Source of the DNA: a virus
Taxonomy: Duplodnaviria > Caudoviricetes
Length of the DNA stretch: 64,000 nucleotides
Reading direction: 5' to 3' (one strand)
IMG/VR virus record: IMGVR_UViG_3300010163_000022
Location: 658 to 64,657 of that record
Shown here: in pieces, positions 56,491 through 64,000 of the stretch
Layout of the letters: each line of letters begins with the position of its first letter
Position numbering within the stretch: position 1 is the first letter of the stretch
Translations under genes and position numbers: made by a program
The notes under the pieces: generated by a model
The model's input: only the letters and a program-made list of their open reading frames with translations
Told to the model about the DNA's origin: nothing
The model's database searches: none

Positions 56491-57864
56491 TTATTTAGTT
56501 ATTTTAATTATTTTTTTACCAGTTAATCCTCCATACATACTAATCATATCTTTAGCTAAACCTCTTGGACACATAGGAAGTAAATTATTAGAATTATATA
56601 ACTTTATAAATTCATTTGTTAAAAGTTGATTTTGGGTTAAATAAAAAACTAAATCTTTTAAATTTTGAAACTTTTCATTATCTTTATTAATTAAAAATAA
56701 TTGATTAAATAAATCTGGTAATACAATATTAGTATCATATTCATTTTTTAAAACTTCAAAAGCGGTTTGTCTATATAAAGTTTGTAATTCTTTACTTTTA
56801 GATATTTCTTTAAGCTGATTAATCATTGTATCTGGGTTATCTTCATCATAAATTACTGCAAAATTATCTATAGTAATATAACTTTTACCTTCTTTAGTTC
56901 TACATCTTTGAGCCCACTGCTTATTAACTATTAAAATTGAACCAGCCAAAATTGCTTCTTGCATAGTATATTCCATTCTATCGCCATAAAAAGATTGTTC
57001 TATATCAGAGCTAAATTTAAAAGGAACCCATGCAAACATATAATTACTAAAAATATCTATTACTTGGCTATTTGCTATTCTAGGATAAGTATCTACAATA
57101 GGATTTTCATTTCTAGGAAGATTTTTTTGTAATAAATTGTTACAATTTTTATGATTTAAAATATTATGTTTACAACCCATAGATGTATCCATTCCATATA
57201 TATAGCAATTAAATCCATTATCTTTTAATTTTTCAGATAAATCTAATAATTTTTTAGGACCTTTATATAAAACAAATCTACCTATATATACAATTGAATT
57301 TTCTTTCTTTATTTCAAAATCTCTTTTTTTATTAATATCAATCCATAAATGCATAGGATAACATTTATCCTTTTTTGATGGTAAAGCTTGAGCTATTTCT
57401 TTTATATAATAACTTTTAGCAGAATGATTATATATAGCATCAGAAAAATTAAGATATGCCCATAAATAAGGAGTCTCATTAATAGCTTTTAAAAAAGAAG
57501 TATGTTGCATTTGAATTTTAATAGGCTTTAAATCTTTATACATTTCAAAAAAAGCTTTTATATCTTCTGCTTTTAAACCTGAATGCATTTTTGGAAAATT
57601 TAATAAAATTATTAAATCATATTTATTTAATTCATTTTTAATATTTTCTATTTGAGTATAATTAAAAATTTTATATTTATGTTGATATTTATCTTTATAA
57701 GTTGGTTCATTTCTTTTCCAAATAGGATGATAATAATAAGTCACAATTTCTAAATCATTTTTTAAACTCCAATTATACATTTCTTCTACTGATGTACTTT
57801 CTCCATCAATCATTCTAGGATAGCCTCTTAATATTGCAATTTTTCTATTTTTATATAAATTCAT
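56491..57864 (-). CDS. agt: DNA alpha-glucosyltransferase homologue (T4 Agt family, GT-B fold)
   Basis: Collinear motifs vs T4 Agt recalled from memory: NWSLKN/DWFIKN, YDLIILLNFP/CDILIINSVP, QHTS/QHDH, AIYNHS/VIFSHS, YIGR..YKG/WIGR..WKG, MEYT..EA..G/LEYT..EL..G, IYDEDN/WFDEND. Confidence 0.85.
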   Translation of the reverse strand: MNLYKNRKIAILRGYPRMIDGESTSVEEMYNWSLKNDLEIVTYYYHPIWKRNEPTYKDKYQHKYKIFNYTQIENIKNELNKYDLIILLNFPKMHSGLKAEDIKAFFEMYKDLKPIKIQMQHTSFLKAINETPYLWAYLNFSDAIYNHSAKSYYIKEIAQALPSKKDKCYPMHLWIDINKKRDFEIKKENSIVYIGRFVLYKGPKKLLDLSEKLKDNGFNCYIYGMDTSMGCKHNILNHKNCNNLLQKNLPRNENPIVDTYPRIANSQVIDIFSNYMFAWVPFKFSSDIEQSFYGDRMEYTMQEAILAGSILIVNKQWAQRCRTKEGKSYITIDNFAVIYDEDNPDTMINQLKEISKSKELQTLYRQTAFEVLKNEYDTNIVLPDLFNQLFLINKDNEKFQNLKDLVFYLTQNQLLTNEFIKLYNSNNLLPMCPRGLAKDMISMYGGLTGKKIIKITK

Positions 57865-57904
57865 AATTTTCCTCCTCTACTTTATTTTCTTTTTTATAAA
57901 TAAA

Positions 57905-57954
57905 AAGCTAAAAATATTTAAAAGCTTTTAACTTATTAAAATATTTTTTAGCTT
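57905..57954. repeat. Long-spacer inverted repeat between the HD and agt genes
   Basis: AAGCTAAAAATATTT ... AAATATTTTTTAGCTT with one bulged base. Confidence 0.7.
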
Positions 57955-57967
57955 ATTTATTTTAAAT

Positions 57968-58654
57968 TTAAATATCGCTTTCTTTTGCTAGCTTATCTAT
58001 TTTATTGCAAAGATTTAATATTTTTTCAATTTTTTTTGAATTAAATTCTTTTGATAAATCAGTTTTCATATTATTATCTATAGCTTCAATATTTTTTTGA
58101 TAATCAAGATATTTTTCAATTTTTTTATCTAATTCATTTATTCTATTAATTGTATCTAAAAAAATATCATTAATTTCGTGAGTAGAATTACCTAAATTTA
58201 TCTCATTAGAAGTATATAAATATACAGAAATTACATCAGCCATTTTAACTAATAAATATATAAAAGGTTCAGTATCTTTAAAATTATCTAATTCTGAATA
58301 AACTTCATAATATTCTGGTAAATTATTTTTTATATAATTTAATTCTGCTTTTCTTAATATATCTCTTAGCTCTTGATTATCTCTTTTAAAATCATATGAT
58401 AAATCATTAGAAACTAATTCTGGAATATCATGAACGATAATATATTCTATAGCTCTTTGTCTTATTTTTCTATCAATTTTATAATAATCACAAATTTTAA
58501 ATAAACTCGCTGCAGCAATAAACGTATGAGTAGCTACTGACTCATTTTTAATTTTAGGACGATTATTATATCTAATCATTTCTCCAAGTGATAAAATTCT
58601 AGTATCATCAAATATTTGCAAAAATTTATCAAGTTTTTTATTATCTATTGACAT
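57968..58654 (-). CDS. HD-domain (deoxy)nucleotide phosphohydrolase, YfbR/DatZ-like
   Basis: IRYNN..ESVATHTF, IIVHDIPE..D, VKMAD. Confidence 0.88.
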   Translation of the reverse strand: MSIDNKKLDKFLQIFDDTRILSLGEMIRYNNRPKIKNESVATHTFIAAASLFKICDYYKIDRKIRQRAIEYIIVHDIPELVSNDLSYDFKRDNQELRDILRKAELNYIKNNLPEYYEVYSELDNFKDTEPFIYLLVKMADVISVYLYTSNEINLGNSTHEINDIFLDTINRINELDKKIEKYLDYQKNIEAIDNNMKTDLSKEFNSKKIEKILNLCNKIDKLAKESDI

Positions 58655-59100
58655 TATTCAATTTCTCCTTTCCATTTTTTATATTCTTTTTCTAATAAAG
58701 CATCATAAAGTTCTTGATATGTTACACAAATTGCTATTGCACTTTCAGCTAACATTAAATTAAATTGAGAAGTATTTTTTAAATTTTCACAAAAATAAAT
58801 AATAGGTTTATTATTAGCATAAGCATAACCAGCTTCAAATATGGTACCTGTATCTATTTTACCTTTATCACCATTAGAAGTATTTACTAAAATAATATCG
58901 CAATCTAAAATTGATACTAAATTCTTATTTAAAGTTTCTTTTCTTTGCTTTTGAGTTGCATTTGGTAAACAACAAGTTTCTTTTCTAGGTGAAAATACTT
59001 CATAGCCACATTCTTCAATAATTTGTTCTAAATTTTGAACTTGATCTAAATGTAAAGGACAAAACCAACCACTTGCTAAATAAATCTTTTTTTTGCTCAT
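58654..59100 (-). CDS. Nucleoside 2-deoxyribosyltransferase / N-glycosidase family protein
   Basis: KIYLASGWF, EVFSP, DTGTIFEAGYAYA..KPII, FNLML. Confidence 0.9.
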   Translation of the reverse strand: MSKKKIYLASGWFCPLHLDQVQNLEQIIEECGYEVFSPRKETCCLPNATQKQRKETLNKNLVSILDCDIILVNTSNGDKGKIDTGTIFEAGYAYANNKPIIYFCENLKNTSQFNLMLAESAIAICVTYQELYDALLEKEYKKWKGEIE

Positions 59101-59147
59101 TAAATATTCCTCCTTATTTTTTATTTTTAATTAATTTATATAAAATA

Positions 59148-59175
59148 TTTATATCTATAAATTTAAAAATGTAAA
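59148..59175 (-). promoter_or_regulatory. Conserved phage promoter (TTTACA-16 bp-TATAAA)
   Basis: Minus: TTTACA tttttaaatttataga TATAAA; heads the NDT-HD-agt run. Confidence 0.78.
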
Positions 59176-59192
59176 TTAAATTTTAAAACTTT

Positions 59193-60962
59193 TTAAAAAA
59201 ATATATTATCAATAGTTACTTCATCTTTTAATATTTCTATATTTTTTGGTAATAAAATCTCATTTAAAATAAGACAAGGATTATTAGACCAAGAAATTGA
59301 TGGTGTACCTATAACTGAAAGTTCAATACAAGAATTAAAATTATTACCTAAAATATCGCTTAAATTTATAGAACTTGAATTGTACATTATAAATTCTATT
59401 CCATCTTTATATAAAGTAAGCATATTTCCTTTTTTCTTAATATATTTCTTTTCAAAATTTATATTTAAAAAAGCAAATAAAGGTTGATAAACTTTACCTC
59501 CAATTATTTCTAAATTATTATTTATATCTTCTATAGCTACTTTCGAAATTGAACCATCTAAAATTAAATCTACATCATAAATATAATTATCATTTTTTAA
59601 TTCATTAGACAATTCTTTAAATTTTTCCAAATTTTCTTTTTTAATACATATTCCAAAAGCATTAGAATGACCTTGAGCATATTTTACTAGATTTGTTTTT
59701 ATACACCAACTTTTAAAATCTTTAAGTACTTTTTCATATCCTCTTGCTGAACCCATATAATAATCTTTATTTTCATGTAATATTAAAATAGGCTTTCTAA
59801 ATTTATCTAACATTTTATTCGCTGCTAATCCCATAACTGCTCCACTATTTTTATCTAAACTATCATCTATAATTCCTATAGCTATTCCATAATTATTATC
59901 AAATAAATCTTCATTATCTGATATTGCTTTTGATAAAGGAGCTTGTTTTAATTTATCTTTTTTACAAATATCTAAAACATACTCATAAAAATTTAAATTT
60001 ACCGAAATTTTATCAAATTTATTTGTAACTTTATTTTTTTTCTTTTTAATTACTGTTGTATAAATTTTTAAACAAAAATCTTCATTTTCTACTAAAGCTC
60101 GAAATAATTCTTTTTTATCTTCAAGTTCTCCTATTCTTGCAACAGAATTAATTAATGGAATTATAGAAAAAGATAAATTAAATGGTACAATTTTTTCTTT
60201 ATTAGGAAAATAATCTTTAAGTACTGTTTTAATAAATCCATTTTTAATATTATTTAAACCTTTAAAAACTATATTTCTAACTTCATTTTCAGAAATATCT
60301 GAACCATCAGCTATTTGTCCTAATGCAGCTAAATCATAAAAATCTTCTGCATAATTAGTTTGAAGATATTTATCACAAGCTTGACAAAATTTTAATGATA
60401 AACCTGCTCCTGTCAAATTTTTATTTATATCTTTATTTTTACTTATTTGATTATTAATTATTAATAATTCTGGAAATAAATTATTTTCATCTACAATTTC
60501 GTGATGGTCAATTACTATTACATCTATTCCAGAATAAATTAATTTTTTTAAATTTTCTATATCATTACTGCCGGCATCAGGAATTATTAAAATATCTGGA
60601 TTAAATTCATATATTTTATTCATAATCTCATCTGTTAAACCATGTTCTTTTCTATTATGAAGTATATAATTTATATCTATTTTATCTTTTGAGATTTTTT
60701 TAATGTAATTAAATAAAATAGCAGATGAAGTATAACCATCTGTATCTGAGTCTATTAAAATTGCAAATTTGCTTAAAAAAGAAATATGACTAAGAAAAAC
60801 TTTTAAACAAGCTTTAGAACAATAACAGCTAAGTATATCTGTATTATCTTTATCATTAGGATTAAAAAATAAATCTACATCTTGTATTTTTCGATTTTCT
60901 AAAATAATTGGAACAATTTTACCATCATAATCTCGACCAATCTGTTTAATTTGAACTTTCAT
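59193..60962 (-). CDS. recJ: RecJ-like ssDNA exonuclease (YorK-like)
   Basis: DSDTDGYTS, HGL, DAGSND, IDHH, GSAR, GHSNAFG. Confidence 0.92.
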   Translation of the reverse strand: MKVQIKQIGRDYDGKIVPIILENRKIQDVDLFFNPNDKDNTDILSCYCSKACLKVFLSHISFLSKFAILIDSDTDGYTSSAILFNYIKKISKDKIDINYILHNRKEHGLTDEIMNKIYEFNPDILIIPDAGSNDIENLKKLIYSGIDVIVIDHHEIVDENNLFPELLIINNQISKNKDINKNLTGAGLSLKFCQACDKYLQTNYAEDFYDLAALGQIADGSDISENEVRNIVFKGLNNIKNGFIKTVLKDYFPNKEKIVPFNLSFSIIPLINSVARIGELEDKKELFRALVENEDFCLKIYTTVIKKKKNKVTNKFDKISVNLNFYEYVLDICKKDKLKQAPLSKAISDNEDLFDNNYGIAIGIIDDSLDKNSGAVMGLAANKMLDKFRKPILILHENKDYYMGSARGYEKVLKDFKSWCIKTNLVKYAQGHSNAFGICIKKENLEKFKELSNELKNDNYIYDVDLILDGSISKVAIEDINNNLEIIGGKVYQPLFAFLNINFEKKYIKKKGNMLTLYKDGIEFIMYNSSSINLSDILGNNFNSCIELSVIGTPSISWSNNPCLILNEILLPKNIEILKDEVTIDNIFF

Positions 60963-61002
60963 AAAATCCTCCTCATAAATTTATAATTAAATTATATTTT
61001 TA

Positions 61003-61030
61003 TTTATATCAGTCTTATTTAAAATGTAAA
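61003..61030 (-). promoter_or_regulatory. Conserved phage promoter (TTTACA-16 bp-TATAAA)
   Basis: Minus: TTTACA ttttaaataagactga TATAAA. Confidence 0.8.
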
Positions 61031-61091
61031 CTTAAAAAGTTAATTAAAAATAAGACTGAATAATTATAAAATATTAATTATATTTATAAAA

Positions 61092-61286
61092 TTATTTATT
61101 TTTTGCTTTATTTAAAGTTAAACAAATAATAATTATTAGTGATAACATTAAAATTATACAACCATAAATCAAATATAAAAAGAAAATTAAAAATGATAAT
61201 ATCCAACCTTCTATACTTTCAAAAATATTATTACTATTAGCTAAATCTTCAAATTTTTTAGCATACTTATTTAAAAAATCTATCAT
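61092..61286 (-). CDS. Small membrane protein
   Basis: Long hydrophobic C-terminal segment. Confidence 0.65.
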   Translation of the reverse strand: MIDFLNKYAKKFEDLANSNNIFESIEGWILSFLIFFLYLIYGCIILMLSLIIIICLTLNKAKNK

Positions 61287-61297
61287 ATAGCTACTTC

Positions 61298-61984
61298 TTA
61301 AGCATTTATACTTGATAAATTAGCAATTAAACTAGCATATTTTGCAGCTTCTTTTGGTCTTTGTCTTTGTTTTAATTCATATTCATATAGAGCATATAAA
61401 TTTTGATTATCATCAGTATATAATTTATCAATACATTGATATTCTTTTACATTACTATTCCAATTTAATAAGCAATTTTCACATCTAAGATAATTTTCAT
61501 AAGTATAATGGCATAAAAAACAAGCATTTTCTAATTCTAAACAAAAATTATTATCATTAAATTTTAAATTTTGAATATATTTAAGATAATACATTTTAGT
61601 AATATTTAAACTTTCTTTATTATAATTCATTTCTAACATTTTTATACTTAGCCAATTCCACATTTTTCTATGCTCTTCTATTATTTGATTTTTATTTAAA
61701 ATTATTGTATTTTCTTTATCTCTTTTAAAATTTGATTTATAATAAAAATTTAATTTAGGACTTAATATTTGTAAATTAATAAAAGACCGAATTTTAATAT
61801 ATGGAATATCATTATTATTATTATTAAACTCAATATCATCTTTATTAACAAAATTTCTTAAAAAATAACTGGCATCATTTTTAGGATAACCTAATAAATT
61901 TAAAACATTATAATAATTAAAACATACTTCATTACTTATTATTTTTGATTTAATATTATTAATATCTGAATTTTTTCTACTCAT
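61298..61984 (-). CDS. Hypothetical protein with a Cys-rich C-terminal domain
   Basis: EEHRKMWNWL..CFLCHY..CENC..C; AGGAGG RBS. Confidence 0.75.
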   Translation of the reverse strand: MSRKNSDINNIKSKIISNEVCFNYYNVLNLLGYPKNDASYFLRNFVNKDDIEFNNNNNDIPYIKIRSFINLQILSPKLNFYYKSNFKRDKENTIILNKNQIIEEHRKMWNWLSIKMLEMNYNKESLNITKMYYLKYIQNLKFNDNNFCLELENACFLCHYTYENYLRCENCLLNWNSNVKEYQCIDKLYTDDNQNLYALYEYELKQRQRPKEAAKYASLIANLSSINA

Positions 61985-61995
61985 AACTAAACCTC

Positions 61996-62322
61996 CTAAT
62001 AATTAATCATTTTTAAAGCTTGATAATCTTTAAGATTTCTAAGTTTTCTTATACTTACTAAAATATCTAATAACCAATCTTGAAATTTTTCTAAATTTTT
62101 ATCTTCAAGTTTAATAAGTAACCAATACAAGCCTTTTTCATTTAAATAAAAATTACATAAATCATTGTCTACTGAATATTTATATTGCTCTGGAATTTTA
62201 GCAATAAATTTATCAGAAATATTAAAAGCTATTTTTAAATCTTTTAAATTTACTAACCATTCATTACTATTTTTATCTTTAATAAAATCAATTCTCCAAT
62301 CATTATGCTCAAATACTATCAT
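61996..62322 (-). CDS. Stand-alone BRO-N domain protein
   Basis: ATG 62322 after AAGGAG; WLVNLKDL, LNEKGLYWLL, FQDWLLDILVSIRK. Confidence 0.75.
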   Translation of the reverse strand: MIVFEHNDWRIDFIKDKNSNEWLVNLKDLKIAFNISDKFIAKIPEQYKYSVDNDLCNFYLNEKGLYWLLIKLEDKNLEKFQDWLLDILVSIRKLRNLKDYQALKMINY

Positions 62323-62341
62323 TATTATTACTCCTTCTACT

Positions 62342-62890
62342 TTATAATTTTTTATTATTTTTATAAGCAATAAAACAAAATACATCATCAATACTAATTC
62401 CTATCCAACTTATTATAAAAGCTATTTTTATAGGAATATCAATTATTATAGCAATTCCACTACCTATTAATGTTCCTATTGCTGTTGCAATTTGTGCAGT
62501 ATTATCATACTTTTCTCTTGTATCTTTATTATATACAAATGACTTTAATTTATTTGTTCCGCAAATAAGATTTTGAGTTATTACACAATACAAAAATGTA
62601 TCTATTAAATAATATATTATTTTAGTCCATATATTTAATATCATAGTTATATTTAATACTAAATATGTTATACTCTCTAATAGCATTAAAAGCGAATAAT
62701 ATTTATATAGTTTATCTGAATACTTATTCCACATTGGGTTTATTATAATAATTGAAATACATAGTAGTATCTGATTAAGAGATACTATATTAGAAGTTAA
62801 TCCAGCCATTATATATAAATGGATAGCTGGATAACTCATTGTTAAAAATATATTACTCCATAGTGTTGCTTGTATCAATGGTTGTTTCAT
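62342..62890 (-). CDS. Multi-pass membrane protein resembling half of an MFS transporter
   Basis: About 5-6 hydrophobic segments; AIGTLIGSGIA. Confidence 0.6.
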   Translation of the reverse strand: MKQPLIQATLWSNIFLTMSYPAIHLYIMAGLTSNIVSLNQILLCISIIIINPMWNKYSDKLYKYYSLLMLLESITYLVLNITMILNIWTKIIYYLIDTFLYCVITQNLICGTNKLKSFVYNKDTREKYDNTAQIATAIGTLIGSGIAIIIDIPIKIAFIISWIGISIDDVFCFIAYKNNKKL

Positions 62891-62894
62891 ATAT

Positions 62895-63749
62895 TTATTT
62901 ACTTCTTTCTATTAATGGCAAAATATTATCTTCTTTTAATAAATTATAAATGAATTTTCGTCCTTTTTGAGTCCAATATGTGTTAATTGTAGAATGATTA
63001 ACATCTTGAATATCTGAATAAAAATAAGTTTTAGTTCCTGTATAACCTTTTTCAGCATATTTTTGATACAATATCCAAGTTCTATTTCTTTTAAATTGAA
63101 CATTCTTTTTATTAAGATACTTATTTAACCAAATAGCTGATTTTCCATAATCTTTAACTATAATAGAAATTGGAACTAAATCTTTACAATTTAATATTAC
63201 ATCATAATAACTAGCTTTAGGTTTCATTTCTTCAATTTGTTGATTTTGAACAATTATAGTATCTGTAAGTTTTTCATTTTTTTCTACTTGTTCTAATAAC
63301 TGTTTTAATGCATCTTTATAAGTCATTGGTAATTTAGGTTGTATTTGTATCTGTTCTCTCATAACAAAATATTCATCTAATAGTTTATCATAAATATCCC
63401 ACGCTAAATCTGTATCAAATATTTTTATAAGCTTTGCGTAACCACGTCTTGAGAATATAAATATATGTTCGGCTTGTGTTATGGATTGTTTTGCATAGTC
63501 TAAACTTAGTAACAATTCCAACGTGGTAATCTCGTTACCACCTTTTTTTAAATCTATAAAATCAATATTTTCTTTAAAGTGGTCAATATTTCTTAAAACT
63601 GATTTTCTTACTTCTCTCATTTCAAAATTGTGCAATTCTACTACTGTTTTATCTGATATACATTTTTGATTTTCTCCAAATCCACCGTATATTATAGGTA
63701 TTTCTTTATTCATAAAAATTTGATTACCATTTATTTTCAATTCTTCCAT
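62895..63749 (-). CDS. ORF6N-domain antirepressor with an ANT/KilAC C-terminus
   Basis: GGFGENQKCISDK..ELH..RN..HF.ENIDF; KASYYDVIL..WTQKGRKFIY. Confidence 0.9.
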   Translation of the reverse strand: MEELKINGNQIFMNKEIPIIYGGFGENQKCISDKTVVELHNFEMREVRKSVLRNIDHFKENIDFIDLKKGGNEITTLELLLSLDYAKQSITQAEHIFIFSRRGYAKLIKIFDTDLAWDIYDKLLDEYFVMREQIQIQPKLPMTYKDALKQLLEQVEKNEKLTDTIIVQNQQIEEMKPKASYYDVILNCKDLVPISIIVKDYGKSAIWLNKYLNKKNVQFKRNRTWILYQKYAEKGYTGTKTYFYSDIQDVNHSTINTYWTQKGRKFIYNLLKEDNILPLIERSK

Positions 63750-63772
63750 GTTTTATCTTCCTTAATTAATTT

Positions 63773-63886
63773 TTATTTAATTAAATCTTTTAGTATTAAA
63801 TATATTATTACAAATATAAAAAAGAATAAAAACATTTTACCTAACATAATTATAAATATTATTAAATCTAATTCTATAGCTGACAT
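63773..63886 (-). CDS. 37-aa hydrophobic peptide, not in the ORF track
   Basis: AGAAAGG RBS; MSAIELDLIIFIIMLGKMFLFFFIFVIIYLILKDLIK. Confidence 0.55.
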   Translation of the reverse strand: MSAIELDLIIFIIMLGKMFLFFFIFVIIYLILKDLIK

Positions 63887-63965
63887 ATCTAAACAACCTT
63901 TCTTATTTATTATATTTATCTATTATTTTACGGTAAGTTTTTTCTCCTTCTCCTTTCTCTTCAAA

Positions 63966-64000
63966 CTGTATATTTATACATTTTTCTGTATATTTATACA
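63966..64000. repeat. Tandem near-palindromic 15-mer CTGTATATTTATACA, period 20
   Basis: Copies at 63966-63980 and 63986-64000; cut off by the window edge. Confidence 0.75.

Noticed and set aside
41238-62347. Plus-strand ORFs 41238, 41329, 44875, 46220 and 62165
   Set aside because: Opposite to real genes in the minus arm; low-complexity F/L/I/S translations
63966-64000. Resemblance to the E. coli LexA box (CTGT-N8-ACAG)
   Set aside because: The last base mismatches, and Firmicutes LexA recognises GAAC-N4-GTTC
1-64000. tRNA, rRNA, CRISPR array, DGR, integrase/att site
   Set aside because: No cloverleaf, regularly spaced repeat array, reverse transcriptase or recombinase motif was seen by manual reading; tRNAscan or Infernal would be needed to exclude small RNAs

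Overview
A very AT-rich tailed-phage genome segment, probably most of a siphovirus of a low-GC anaerobic Firmicute (host inferred from strong AGGAGG Shine-Dalgarno sites, class III RNR only, and an SPbeta-like replisome). Two convergent arms meet at a bidirectional hairpin near 39,790. The + arm (155-39,775) carries antirepressor, SSB, sigma factor, orphan PemK/MazF, AAA ATPase, nrdH/D/G, loader/helicase/primase, a late regulator, an HK97-type head module with HNH and terminase, a TP901-1-type tail, and lysis genes. The - arm (39,815-63,886) carries early hypotheticals, a two-subunit type II topoisomerase, an amidoligase, a second sigma factor, RusA, nucleotide enzymes, a Pol III alpha gene split by a group I intron, RecJ and antirepressors. 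Best candidate for an undescribed system is the DNA base-hypermodification cluster at 54,514-59,100: a T4 alpha-glucosyltransferase homologue, a 149-aa ThyA-fold protein with the cytosine-type Asp, a ThyX-fold protein with Cys at the catalytic Ser position, a dNMP kinase, an HD phosphohydrolase and a nucleoside deoxyribosyltransferase, directly upstream of the phage DNA polymerase. Other highlights: an in-frame UGA that probably gives a 1381-aa readthrough major tail protein, a +1 tail-chaperone frameshift, a jelly-roll domain split across genes, a catalytically dead GH18 tail protein, and nine near-identical promoters with 16-bp spacers. No tRNA, rRNA, CRISPR array, integrase or clear CI repressor was seen. 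All homology calls come from motif recognition by eye, not from database searches.
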